Shown here piece by piece: positions 12,010 through 25,498 of a DNA stretch of 64,000 nt. The notes beneath the pieces are model-generated. The model worked only from the letters and a program-made list of their open reading frames with translations. It was not told where the DNA came from and ran no database searches. The position numbers were made by a program, and so were the translations under genes. The stretch covers positions 36,828,001 through 36,892,000 of the forward strand of contig OX597840.1 in NCBI GenBank assembly GCA_951406725.2, in the 5' to 3' direction. The stretch's first letter is position 1, and each line of letters begins with the position of its first letter. The stretch comes from Octopus vulgaris. Lineage: Eukaryota.

Positions 12010-12757
12010 TATATAGGGATAAATATTAGTGTGTGTGTGTGTGAGTGTGTGTGTGTGTGTGTGTGTCTGTGTGTGTGTGTCCGTGTGTGTGCTGCGTGTA
12101 TATATGTATATATGTGTGTACATATATGATTGTATGAGAAATCATAAATGTATATGATCATATAAATATTAACATGTATTTATATCAATAAACACTTATA
12201 CACTATATATATATATATATATTTATGAATGTATATATGTAGACATACATACGTGTGTGTATTATATATGTATTCACATACATGTATTCCCATGCAAGTA
12301 TACACCCACGTGTTGACATCCGTTCACACATCCACGCATGTATCGTGTAATACTGATTACAATTTTAAAGGGAATTATACGGAAAGCGATACAAACATTT
12401 AAATTGATTTCCAGTTGAGACATTATAAATAGCCTTGTATCAAGTCATTAAGTCTTTTGCTTGAATGGCTAAGCCAGGCGAGGCTACCAATCATGTTTTC
12501 TGAATCTCTCGACTGTCTCCTTCTGGATGTCACAATCGCATTGTTTAATTTATTACCATGTTCAGTTAGTATTTCGAAGAGACCATCTGCACAAAATTAG
12601 CTGTAAGATTAAAATGGAATTAGATGTGATTAAATCACCAACTGCAGCATCTCAGACACAATCGCTGTTGTTTAAATGCTTCTACTGGAATGGTTGTTAT
12701 ATTTACTGCAATTATAGCTCCCGTGTTCGTATCCAATCAAAACATTTGTATTCAGAC

Positions 12758-13340
12758 ATCATCATCATTATCGTCATCATCATTGCGTGAGGGAGCAATG
12801 CATGTCATCAGAATGATACTGGTTTCAGATATACGAAGTCACCATAACTACCCGTCTGACAAAGGCACACCAGGCACATACATCGCAGCCATAGGACATT
12901 GCATATTGAGATGCGCAGCGCATGATCTTGCAGGTGGGGGCTCTGTCAGAATTTTCTTAAGGTAGAGTGGCCCACCCTGCTCAAAAATTCCCTGAATAAG
13001 GTTTGTGTTGTATCGCACGTTCGACGTACGATATAACGGAATAATAATAACGTCCTTGCAAATCGTTCTACACACGATACTGGTAATAACCCTCGGCAAC
13101 ACGCAACTCTCGGTTTTTCACTGCTCTGAAGGCTCCCTGCGTATGTCCATTTATATTGTGGCACAGTCCATTAGGAGCCAACCAATAGGGGTGTTCTACT
13201 TCTACACAACAGTTCGTTTGAGGATAATGAACGAAACACCTATAGTTCCAGAGGTGAATTCATTAAAACCCCAAAGAATTCCTTTCAACTCATGGTTATA
13301 ATGCTCCCCACTATTGCTCCTGGTCAGGGATGTACATGTC
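12758..13340 (-). mobile_element. Probable 3' end of a LINE with (TGA)n tail
   Basis: Complex sequence ending, on the minus strand, in ...GCATTGCTCCCTCACGCAATGATGATGACGATAATGATG. Broken reading frames; clade not resolved. Confidence 0.45.
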
Positions 13341-13349
13341 ATCAGCCAC

Positions 13350-14780
13350 TAAGGGACGTTTTCGAATTCCGCTTGGTGGAAAATTGGAAGTGGAGAGAGT
13401 GTTGTGCTCTTCGGCCTCAGTAAATTCGCCAAAATGTGGGAGAATTTAATGCTATAAAAGTACCTGCTATAAGCATCCGCCTGAAGGCTGAATGACTCCT
13501 TAATGTGAATGGTAAGGTTGCTAGTTTCAATGAGTGTGTAGTGTTGCAAAGGAAAGAGCCGATTTTGTAGCGAGGACGAGTGTAGGGACGGCATTCAGGG
13601 TGTGTGTAGAGATTTGAATAGGAGGTGGCAATGTAGGTCACAGACACTCTTAAAAGAGGGATGAGGCGCAGCAAAGAAAGGAGAGGCGTTAGTTTTATAT
13701 TGGAGGTGGTGGAGGAGGCGCAAGAGGGTAGGCTGAAGGGGCTGAATGGTGGGGAGGTATGCGAGTTGAAAGCTTGGGCGAAGGGTTAATTGTCAGACGC
13801 GAGGTGTACAGGTTGCGGTGCAGTCAACAGCTCAGGAAAGGGAGGCTGAGATAAGTGTTCGATTTGTAACTCCATCAAATAAATAGACCAGCTCCGTATT
13901 GAGTTTGCGTCTTTAAGTCATGCTTAGAACTAGAAAAGTGGGACAGATTATGAATTGAAACAAGATGGTGGCATACTTAGTGTGGATGGGACAATGGAGG
14001 GAAAGTTAAATTAAGAGATGGAGTGTGTGGATTTGAAGAAAAGAAGAGTAGAAGGGGTGAGAGTGTTGTGTTCGATCGAGAGAGTGAATGAAATAGGAAG
14101 TATCAGAGAAGGAGGTTGTGGAGTTAGGAGATAAATGAAAGGAGCTGAGGAAGAAGAGGAAAATGATGATGAGAGAGTTGACAGCAATATCGCCAGGAGT
14201 GCAGAAGATGTGTTGCTCTGTAGGGAGGGGGACGAATGAACTAAAGAAGGAATGGAGACTCAACGCAGCTGATAAATAGTTGGCGAAGTTGGGGTTCATT
14301 TTCGTGCCCATTGCTGCTTCATTGTTCTATTCCTAAATATAACCGGCGAAAGAGAAATGATTGAGGGTGACTTCCTGTTCTGTTAAAAAGAGATGGAGTG
14401 GATAGAGTGGCACGGAAGAGTCGGAGGTTGAGGAGCGCATTATCGGGAGATTTCACAGAATATAAAAGATTGATGACTAGAAAACAAATGATGTAAGGAG
14501 GACCTGGGAAAGAAGGGCTTGAGTGGAAAGCCGGACATGGTTGGTATCGCAGAAGTGACGGAAAGGGCTGAAAAGTGGGATGAGAGATGGTTGTCAAGGT
14601 AAGCGGGAATAAGGTCCACAGCGCAGATACAAACGAAATAAATGGAGCGGCCCATGTTGGCTAATTTGTGGATGTTGGAGAGGGGTACTTGGGTGGGTAG
14701 AAAGATGTGGTTGAGATGAAGTCGGAAAGAGTGAAGCGAGATAAGATTGATATATGCGATGGCGGCGGGAGGAAAATATT
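13350..14780 (-). mobile_element. Decayed Penelope-like reverse transcriptase region
   Basis: LSNIHKLANMGRSI...DLIPAYLDNHLS (cf. LPKIHKPNNPGRPIVS..TELISAYLD) and AAMGTKMNPNFAN (cf. GVAMGTKMGPSYAN). Many stops and frameshifts. Confidence 0.75.
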
Positions 14781-15342
14781 TATGTTTTATACATAAACAC
14801 ATACACACATATAAATATAAACATATACGCATAGATAGACAGATACCTACTTACATATATATGTTTACACACACACACATGCATAACTATGCATGTAAAC
14901 ATGTGAAACAAATAGGTGCACACGTGCTTACACACATATATGTGTGTGTGTATGTGTGTGCACATACATATGTGCGTACGGATGGATATAACTATGGAAG
15001 CATAACTATCTATCTACATACATACATGCATTCACACATGTATAAGTCTGTCTGTCTGTCTATCTAACTATACACACAGGTATAATACCTACTTAGCACA
15101 TACATCATTTTTGTCAGGCCATAATTCCTTTCAAGACTTAAAGAAAAGCATGTTATTCATTTGATTGTAAATATAAACACACACACACACATACACACAC
15201 ACCGAAAACGGAGATACACGACACAGGCGTACACATGTACACGCACCCCTATTGGTATGTGTATATATGTATTACATATATGTGTATGTATATGTATATA
15301 TAGATATATACATACATATAATATATATATATATATATGTTT

Positions 15343-15374
<32 letters not shown>

Positions 15375-15395
15375 CATATAATATATATATATGTT

Positions 15396-15429
<34 letters not shown>

Positions 15430-15446
15430 CATATAATATATATATA

Positions 15447-15488
<42 letters not shown>

Positions 15489-15520
15489 TATATATATATA
15501 TATGTTTTATATATATATAT

Positions 15521-15557
<37 letters not shown>

Positions 15558-15603
15558 TTTATATATATATATATTTATATATATATACATATAATATATA
15601 TAT

Positions 15604-15663
<60 letters not shown>

Positions 15664-16036
15664 TCGCATATATATATCATCGTACATCTCGTTCTCCTCA
15701 AGAATGAAAATTTTAGTGAAAGGCATTTTCTATGGAATTCAACTTGGAATCCACCAAAAGCTAACGGGGAATAAAACAAACAAATAAATAAAAAGAACAA
15801 AAAAAAAAACAAATAGAGAAAAGTTCTGGAAACTTCCATTACGAATACTTACGGAAAGTACGGACCTGAGTTGAAATGTAAATGGGTTTTAACAGTTGAC
15901 AATAAGATTCGGAGTGAGAATAAGTCAATTTGATAAAATGTATTGAATTTATACACACATACATGCATACATATATATACATTTTTCGGCGTATATATGT
16001 ATGCGTGTATTGCATATATATATAAATATGCATGTG

Positions 16037-16073
<37 letters not shown>

Positions 16074-16536
16074 ACACACACACACATACATACATACATA
16101 CACACATACATAAACACATACATACATACACACACACATACGTGCATGCATACATACATACACACACACATACGTGCATGCATACATACATACACACACA
16201 CATACGTGCATGCATACATACATACACACACACATACACACACACACTCACACACACACATACATACACACACACATACATACACACACACACATACAAA
16301 CACACATACATACATACATACATGTTAATATCTGAATAGATGCATGTGTATATATATACATATATATATATATGTATATACATATATCAGTGGATGTGTG
16401 AGTGCATGTGTGTCGCTGTGGTTCTTCACATATATCTATGTGCAAATATATGCGTGTTGTAAGCTTTGTATGTGCTTACGACACCCCTTTGTATTCACGT
16501 ATAACTGTCTGTATATGTGTATTTATATTTAATGAC

Positions 16537-16590
<54 letters not shown>

Positions 16591-16851
16591 ATCTCCTCCT
16601 CTTAGTTTATATTTAAACACGTGTGCATGCACGCGTTGGCGCATGCTTCTAGATATAAGTGTGTGCTATAGAAGTTCAGTTTGAAACCAGAGGATTTGCG
16701 TTCGATGCTGCTGCGTAGTACTTTTTTCAGATGTCTTCTGAGGTTGTATGCAATCTAGTTTATGAAAATTTGTAGATAATTGCCTCCTATACACATGTAT
16801 ACACACACACACATACATATACGTGTACATATAACAGTATGCGCGCGTGTG

Positions 16852-16898
<47 letters not shown>

Positions 16899-17302
16899 TT
16901 AATTGTGCAGACATAGCTGTATAGTAAAGAAGTTCTCTTCCCAGCTACATGGATTCGTGTTCAATCCAACCTCATGACGACATGAACAAGGACAAGGGGC
17001 TTCTAGAATCGTAAAGAGACCAATGCGTTTTGAGTGAATTTGGTAGGCGGAGGCTGTATGGAATCTCAGTGTGTGTGTGTGTATATGCTTGCATGTGTGC
17101 GTGAATGTGTCTTTGCGTTTGTGTTTCTCCCACTTGCGCTTCATAACCGCTGTTTGTCTTTTTACGCCTCCGTAAACCCGAGATGTTACTCTTGGACGGC
17201 AGCCGTCTAATTAAAGATGGAAAACGGGAAGAAAAGTAAAAGTTTAAAAGATAAACTCCCCACACACACATATATGTGAGATTGTGTGTATATATCCAAA
17301 TG

Positions 17303-17683
17303 TGGGGGCGCAATGGTCCAGTGGTTAGGGCAGCGGACTCGAGGTCGGGTGTCGCGGTTTCGGTTCCCAGACCGGGAATTGTGAGTGTTTATTGAGCGAA
17401 AACACCTAAAGCGCCAAGAGGATTCGGCAGGAGGTGGTGGCGAACCCTGCTATATTCTCTCATCACAACTTTCTCTCACTCTTTTTTCCTGTTTCTGTTG
17501 TGTCTGTATTTCAAAGGGCCAGCCTTATCACACTCTGTGTCACGCTGAATCACCCCCCAGATCTACGTTAAGGGTACACGTGTCTGTGGAGTGCTCAACC
17601 ACTTGCACGTTAATTTCACGAGCAGGCTGTTCCGTTGATCGGATCAATTGGACCCCTCGTCTCCGTAACCGACGGAGTGCCAC
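17303..17683 (+). mobile_element. tRNA(Arg)-like SINE family C (resembles octopus OR-type SINEs)
   Basis: Head GGGGCGCAATGGTCCAGTGGTTAGGGCAGCGGACTCG...GGTTTCGGTTCCC with a TCG anticodon-like loop. Same body as 30735-31122 and 39115-39466. Confidence 0.85.
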
Positions 17684-18347
17684 ATTATACGTGTGTGTAT
17701 AAATATATATATATATATATACACATACATACATACATATATATATATAATGTTGTAATTTCTGGTATCATTAGTTTCGTGGGAAGTAGTTTGTCTTATG
17801 TCGTTGTTGTTCTAATTTTAGAACCAAGATATCCGTTACACGTCTTAACAATAAAACATGGAGACAGGAAATTTGCACAATCACGTCATTACACAAACAT
17901 ATCGACACAAAACTGTTGCACAGGATAATAAACCTAATTCATAACTGTTTATTCAAAACTTCTCCGAGGTTAAACAATTTTGGCCAAACTTTAAACTTTA
18001 ACAAAAATGACATCATCACGTGACTTTTTCGCTTCTCTTCTGTCAGTCTGTCTGTCTCTCTCCCACCTTTTCTTCTACTCCTCTTCTCGCTCCACCCCTT
18101 TCTATCGCAACTGCGTTCTCAAACTCACAAACACACATACACACATATACATGCAAGTATCTGTATGCGTATGTCTTTTTGTATGGTTCTGTCTCCGCAC
18201 TAAGCAAAAGGTGTCGGTTTATTTACGTTGGTTAGCGGTTCCGCACAAGAAGCGATAAAAGTACGAGAGGGCGATTCGTTCGATTAAATTTTCTACAAGG
18301 CGGTACTCCAGCATGGCTGTAGCCCAGCAAATGAAACAACTAAAAGG

Positions 18348-18378
<31 letters not shown>

Positions 18379-18448
18379 ATGTATATGTGTGTACGTGTCT
18401 ATATATATGTATATATATGTGTGTGTGTGTGTATGTATATGTGTGTAC

Positions 18449-18489
<41 letters not shown>

Positions 18490-19334
18490 TATATGTATAT
18501 ATATGTGTGTGTGTATGTATATGTGTGTACGTGTCATATATATATATGTACATATATATCTATATATATATGTATATATATGTATGTATATACATATATA
18601 TATATATATATGTATGTATATATACACACACACATGTATACATATAAATATGTATACATACGTACAATTGCACGCAAACACAAATAGACACATATACTAA
18701 ACGCACCCATCTATATTTTTAAATCTTCGCAAATAAATGGAAGATGATATTTTAAGTGAGTTTTGAAGACAATGTCGTCGAAGTTCCATTAAGAACATTT
18801 AAACGAAACAGCTTCGGCGAAACCAAGGATTCGATTTCGTCGTTTCCGATAACAATCGGTAATGGAGTGTTAAGACGAGATATACAGTTGCGTAATACCA
18901 TTAACACCGATGATTTCAGGTATGCCATTTCTTATCGTTTGTGTCACACCGTGAGAACTCATTGTTGTCCTAATCTGTACCAGTTAAAGAGACACACTCA
19001 ATGCGTAATCGAAAAGGGGTTTTCGATTGATATCGTTCAATCGATCTATCTGTATTTTGATCATAGCCATCACAAGTGTATCGATACCCGAACTCATATA
19101 CACAGAGAAACAAAGAAATACGTTCCCACTTACATATACACTCCGAGGCTTTATGCACTTGCTTGGGTATACACAGCCACACGCATACGTTTGTTACTTT
19201 TAAAAGGAAGCTTGATCAAAAGGAAAAGTAAAAAGAAATTCACACACGCACTCATACGCACAAAAGAACAGAAACACACCCCAAGGCTTCTTTGCAGTTT
19301 TCACATGGTCTGTATATGTAGATGTTAAACTCTT

Positions 19335-19630
19335 CATATTTTTTTCTACACTTGGCACAAAGCCCGAAATTTTGGGGAGTGGGGGCCAGTCGATTAGATC
19401 GACCCCAGTACGCAACTGGTGCTTCATTTATCGACTACGAAAGAATGAAAGGCAAAGTGGACCTAGGAGCAATTTGAACTCAGAACGTAATGACAGACGA
19501 AATACTCATTTCTTTACTACCCACAAGGGGCTAAACACAGAGGGGACGAACAAGGACAGACAAACGGATTAAGTAACTGGTACTTATTTAATCGACCCCG
19601 GAAGGATGAAAGGCAAAGTCGACTTCTGCG
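19335..19630 (-). mobile_element. MetaSINE-like family B chimeric dimer with two different 3' tails
   Basis: First unit ends TTAATCCGTTTGTCTG...GTAAAGAAAT; second restarts GTATTTCGTC and ends GGCCCCC...AAATTTCGGGCTTTGTGCC. Confidence 0.8.
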
Positions 19631-19709
19631 ACTCAAAGAACGAGAGTTTCGTGCGTTACTACTTATCAAACGAATTACAAATCGAAGAGTTGTAGATTTG
19701 TATAACCTG

Positions 19710-19759
<50 letters not shown>

Positions 19760-19969
19760 ATGTATGTATACACACACACACACACATGCTTCTCTCCCTC
19801 ACTCACTCACTCACTATCTATCTATCTATCCATTATTCGTTCTCTCTCTGTCTATTACCCTGTCTGTCTCACTCTTTTAACGCACCATTATCAGCTGTTA
19901 GTTGCTCAATGTTACACAAATTATGCGCAATTTCGTATTTATTCTATTCAACAATTTTCGTATCACATA

Positions 19970-20025
<56 letters not shown>

Positions 20026-20798
20026 ATGTATGTATGTGTGCGTATATATATGTGATGTGTGTATATATATGTATATATATATATAGAGAGAGAGAGAGAT
20101 ACATAGAAAGAAAGAGAGACAACCATACAAGTATATACATATATATGTAAATATGTATATTGATGCATACACGCATACATATATATATTTGTAGAAATTT
20201 TAAGAAATCTTTTTACCAAGATTTCTTGACACAGTCACCAAAATGTTAAAAATCAGAATGACGGGAATCCTTTGAAAAGAAACGCCTTTTATTAGCAAGC
20301 GCTTTCTCTGTTTACAGCTGTTCGGACACACGTATTAAACGAGTAATCTGTACAAATCAAGCGATTTTGAGTAGCAGTGGTTTTTCTTTCGCCATTGATC
20401 GTTTTCTTATTTTATTGTGAAATAAAAAAAACCCCGGAATACTATGAATTTTTTATTTGTACTACATGGAAAACTTTCCAGTTGCTGTATATGGAGCATT
20501 CCTAAGAGATGAATCTTTGTATTGTGTGTGATGTAGCCAAACACGATGCGCTAGCTTTGATCCTGTGTATCTGATATGATTTTTACAGCTCTGGGAATTT
20601 GATGTAGTATACGTGTTGTTTTTGTTTCTCTTATTTGTATTGAACCGTGTTTTAATGTAGGAAATACCATTATCTTGGAAATTAACTATTTTAATCGCTT
20701 GGAGCTTGAAAGTACATCAATATGTCCCACTGAAAATGCCGGTGAAAAAACTATTCTATTCTTCTCTTTAAATGGCAAAATTTACTGATAGGATATTA

Positions 20799-21030
20799 TT
20801 GGGTCGGTGCATAATTAAATCGGCTTTTTTTCAACAAATTTTATTCAACCAAAACAAAAACATCTTTAAATGACGGTCTGACCGCCTGCTAAGCAAATGG
20901 GAAGCATTAATTGAAGTAGATGGTGAATATGCTCCGGAATAATAATTTAAAAATGTTTTTGTTGCATGTTATTGTTTTTGTTGAATAAAATTTGTTGAAG
21001 AAAAGTCGCAATAATTATGCACGAACCCAA
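20799..21030 (+). mobile_element. Mariner-derived MITE
   Basis: About 60-bp imperfect TIRs (TTGGGTCGGTGCATAATTA...TTCAACAAATTTTATTCAAC / GTTGAATAAAATTTGTTGAA...TAATTATGCACGAACCCAA), TA on both sides, and an internal transposase C-terminus DRLLSKWEALIEVDGEYAPE*. Confidence 0.9.
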
Positions 21031-21449
21031 TATAATGTAGAGAACATGAATTTTGCGAAGAACCACGGGATTTTATGATTGTTAAGAGAAGTGGTGAGAA
21101 GGCCCTTTTTTTATCTACAAATATCATTCTTCTACAAATATTATTCTTACGATGCGAAGGTAGCATTTTAAATTGTTTTGTCAGCAAGCCCTAACATTTT
21201 CCTTACTGCTTGCAAGAGGGGCCTTAGATGAATGAAATGACATTTTGCAGTTATTGAAGTAGGTATTGTATTCATAACGAGGCTGAAGACACGAAAACGA
21301 CAGAAACTTTTTCTATGTGAATCGATGAATTCCACATGTTTTTAAGTATAACAAACGAAGGAACGAACGCGTGACAGACTTTCATATCTTCATGATTAAT
21401 AAAATTATATTTCGTTCTGTTTACTTCTATGTTTGCTATATACTGTCAT

Positions 21450-21900
21450 AAACAGTTGCAGATAGAGAAAAGCGAAGTCGCTTACTTGTCGACTCATTAT
21501 GCTGGTTTGATCCCAGAATCGTAATGAAAGAGGAAGAAAAACAAAACAAAACTACAATCCCTTAAACTTTGAAACAGGAAGAATTTGGAACATGCGAACA
21601 GTAAAGGTCGTGCCTATAACAATTGGTTTGTTGGGAACAGTAAGCAAAGGTCTGGACAAATGGCTGAAGGAGCTTGAAATAGAATGTCCGGTAGAGCTCT
21701 TACGGAGAGTTTGTCACTTAGGGGTCAGCAAGGATTATCAGGAGGGTTCTAAGCACTTGAAAGAGTGCCGAAAACTTGTGGATACCTAAGGTTACAGGTA
21801 GTAACCCGCTTTCCCTATAATTACTGCCAGGAATAATACCGAACCTGAGCAAAACCAAAAAAATAATAACAACAACAATATTCATAACAATAATAATTCA
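21450..21900 (+). mobile_element. R4/Dong-like LINE 3' end (RLE C-terminus, 3' UTR, TAA/CAA tail)
   Basis: VKVVPITIGLLGTVSKGLDKWLKELEIECPVELL...LG matches the RLE-clade C-terminus; followed by AATAATAACAACAAC. Confidence 0.8.
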
Positions 21901-22149
21901 AATGATTTGCTTGTTTAGATTTGTTTCCCAATTTTCTGTTCACCTTCATATTCTTTCTCTGATATTTTAGCCGTAACTGGCAGCCCCTAGAAATCGCGGT
22001 AAAATAAAAAATAAAAATGAAAAAAAAAAATAATTGGCGTTTTTGTCACCTTAAAACCCCGGCCATCTTTGTGAGTCGTGTATCCCTGAATCTTTAAGTG
22101 AAGGTTTCTGACACGGCAAGTGTTCCACTGAAGGCCAGGATGAATCTGA

Positions 22150-23350
22150 TCATTATTCAAATAGTGGCGTGAGGATTAGGGAGTGAATTCAAAATGACAA
22201 ATAGATTTGTTATGGGCTGACACTAGACGAACGAATCTGTCAGAAGAGAATTCAGAAAAAGGAAAGAAAATGCATGAAATGCAAATAGAGAGTGACATAT
22301 TCCTTGTCACAGGACAATGACTGCTCGATCAGAAGAAAAAATAGAGATCGAATTATGGGGAGATAATGGCTATCCCTGGTGGAGATGGAAGGGATCTTCA
22401 GAAGTGAATGATGAAGGACTAAGCTAAATGGAAGCGGAAATAGAAGAAGGAAGAGGAGGAGGGGTAGAAGAAGGAGAAAAGGAAGAAGAAGAAGAAAAGG
22501 AAGGAGAAAAGGAAGAAGAAGAAGAAGAAGTCAAAGAATCATCAGAAGGAAAGAAATAGTAGGCAGGATGATAAGAAGCTTTTAATGCATGAAAGGAAGG
22601 ACTATTAGAGAGGAAGAAAGGGTTAAAGGTTGAGGGCAGAACGAGATTGTCATCGAAAGGGTTTCAAGCTGTGCCAAACAGTGAAGAGAATGGATGATCT
22701 ATTAACGAAATGAAAGGTGGAAATATAATAGATATAAATGTAGTCATAGTGCGAAAGGTACGTTTCTCTAGAAATTCTTAGGGTCTAAAGTGAAGCGAAA
22801 CGATGGAGGAAGACCCACGGTGGAAATTTAGGAAGGAAGTTGAACAACTGAATGAAGATCTTGGAAGAAAGAGAACTGAAACTGAAAATAAGATGATGAA
22901 GGAAAAACAGAAATGAGCTGCAAAGAAAGTAGAAGATGAGACAAAAGAGGATTAAAGGTAGTTAAAGAGGAGACGAGGTCAAAGATTAAGACGAGATCAG
23001 GTAAAAGGAAAAAAGAAAGAAGAAAGAAATACGGTAGATACCGAGGAAGAATAAACCAGAATCAACAGACTAGGTTGAACAGAATCAATGATTGTTTAAT
23101 TTACCAACGGCGAAATAATGAGGAGAAACATCTGGGGAATGTTGTTCCAAATACTGAAGCAGGAAGGAACTTTTGGTCAGATATTTGGTGTAAAGAGGTT
23201 TTCATATAACGGGTAAGAGGAATGGTTATGGAAATTGGAAATAGAAATTCGTAAAGATTAAAAGAATTAAATATAAACGTTACAGAAGGGAAAATGAAAA
23301 GGATACTAAAAAACTAAAAACCCAAATAGAAACCCCCTGGAACAGATGAC
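22150..23350 (+). mobile_element. Decayed R4/Dong-like LINE, N-terminal/pre-RT region
   Basis: Purine-rich, with motif remnants RWKF...LNEDLGR, VVPNTEAGRNFWSDIW...EWL and KPPGTD (cf. WKAPGPD). Confidence 0.65.
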
Positions 23351-23853
23351 AGAATAACACAAGGGAACGAAAGAAAACAACTAAAAGGGATCATAAAAGT
23401 CGGACGCCATGTTGATAGCAGTAGAGTGAAGTCTACGTTGAGGTGTTGCTACATTTAAATTTTGATGTATTTAAAGAATACCAGACCAAAAAAAAAAAAG
23501 CTTGTCAAGTTTAATAAATAAATAAAATGAAGCAACGAATCAAGTATAAATGTATGCAAGAAGAATATATAAAACAGGAACCAAACGCGACATTAAATGA
23601 GGAGATTATCGAATCAGAGAAACAAACTCTGCAGACAAGCGATATATGTAGAAGGTGAATGACATTGATGTCTGTCTGTCTGTCTGTCTATCTATCTTTA
23701 CATACATATATGGAAATATATATGGAGATATATACACACACATACGTACATACACATGCAGTGTTTCATTTAGGGAAGCAGGCAAGACAGCATGTAAGTC
23801 TATATGTACATACACATGTATACGAATATTTCAGCACACACAGATGTGTATAC

Positions 23854-23897
<44 letters not shown>

Positions 23898-24238
23898 TTA
23901 TATGGTGGGGGGTGCGTCTGTACGCACTCGCAAACGGACGACTGATTGATTACTGACACAAGTGTTGCTTGTTTGATTTGAAATATTCTCCCGGTTTGTC
24001 AGACATGTCATTACAAGTGGCGATTATGATAAATTTCAACATCATCATCATCTTTGCCTCCACCACCCATCCCAGTACCACCATCAGCACCACCATTGTC
24101 ATCAAAGTCAATAACAAGTGGCATGCACGAAACTGAAGACCCTTCAGGTCTTATGTAGCTCAAGAGTTAAGAATATACAAAAAGTTTTTCACACACACAG
24201 TCACACACACACAAACACAAACACACATATTATTTTTA

Positions 24239-24274
<36 letters not shown>

Positions 24275-24701
24275 CTTTTTTAAGAATCTTCTGGAGTTAT
24301 AAATAATCTCCCATCGTCTTTCGAACAAAAATCTTGCATTACAAGTGGAAAGAAACAAGCACTGGAATCGACTGTCGATCCGCAGATGTCCCGATCATCA
24401 CCACACGAAGGGAACTTTCAACCGTTTCGAGGAAAAGCTTCATCCAGACAAGAGAGACGGGGAAATGATTTATTTCTCTTCGTTAAAACCATTGAAAAAT
24501 TTTGAAGAAAATTTTTGGGGCGTTATTAATTAATATTTATATCTTCCTTTATATTTGAAGATATTCTAACACACATATTTACATATACACATGCACCAAT
24601 ACAAGCATTAACATACACAACACACACACACACACATATATATGTATGTATACATATGTATGTACATACGTATGTATACACATACATATATATTACATAT
24701 A

Positions 24702-25060
24702 CAGTGGACGATGGGTAAATTGTCGCCATTTTATATTTTTTTTATTTCGCACATGCGCATTGCTTGTTTTTGATTTTGTCGTCTACACGGTATAGTAGGA
24801 CAGTTGGGCACCGTCTGTGAGAGAAATCAGAACTATGGTGCAATTCACTCTGCCAGAAATTTGTAAACGACATGCTGTAGTGCTTGGCATTCACACTGGA
24901 AGCTCCAATACGAACGTTTCAATCAGAGGAGAGTGCAAAGGGTTCAGAAACAGTTGGTTGAGTCTAATGGTGATTACGAAGGTACGACAGCTCGGAAAAC
25001 TCACTTTGATCGTTCTGATCAGAAAAGAACTCCAGAATTTGTTGGTGAGATCCAGGCCAT
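24702..25060 (+). mobile_element. 5' end of a Tc1/mariner (maT/DD37D-like) transposon
   Basis: TA|CAGTGG... terminus, then MVQFTLPEICKRHAVVLGI... and after a frameshift RKTHFDRSDQKRTPEFVGEIQA, typical of the transposase N-terminus. Confidence 0.7.
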
Positions 25061-25334
25061 TGGCTTATATAGAGATACACATACACACACGTGTGCACAC
25101 GCATATACCAAGGTCGATAAAGTTCCAAAGAAGCTATGAACAGCTTCCGAGGAGTTCTAGGCGAAACAAGATATATTTCATTCTCAGAACTGCTTTTTTC
25201 ACTGTGACTTATTTTTGGTTGAGACAACCAGACACGATCTTAGGGCTTTGCATCGGAATAACTCTTTCTTCGACAGATATTCGGATAATATCGGTTTCAC
25301 ATTTTTGGCAAAAGATCAGAAAGTTCACGAGGGA

Positions 25335-25498
25335 GTAAGTCGATCAACCTCAGTACACAACTGGTACTTATTTTATTTACCCAGAAAGGAAGAAAGGTAA
25401 AGTTGATCTCGACGGAACTGGAAGTGAAAATGTGAAGACGGACGAAATGTCGTCAAGTATTTTGTTCGGCCTGCTACCGATTCTACCTGCTTGCCGCA
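25335..25498 (-). mobile_element. Degenerate MetaSINE-like family B copy
   Basis: Diverged match to the family B consensus. Confidence 0.65.

Noticed and set aside
17303-17375. tRNA-like sequences at SINE heads (also 31050-31122, 52965-53040, 1140-1216)
   Set aside because: A/B boxes are present, but each continues into a shared SINE body and lacks a proper acceptor stem; they are not tRNA genes.
19645-19685. Minus strand TTGATAA-GTAGTAACGCAC-GAAACTCTCGTT
   Set aside because: Needs several substitutions in the core and stems to fold as a hammerhead.
21280-21385. CTGAAGA...GAAAC and CGATGA-ATTCC...GGAAC-GAACGCGT hammerhead-like words
   Set aside because: Incomplete cores and no convincing stem I; too degenerate to call.
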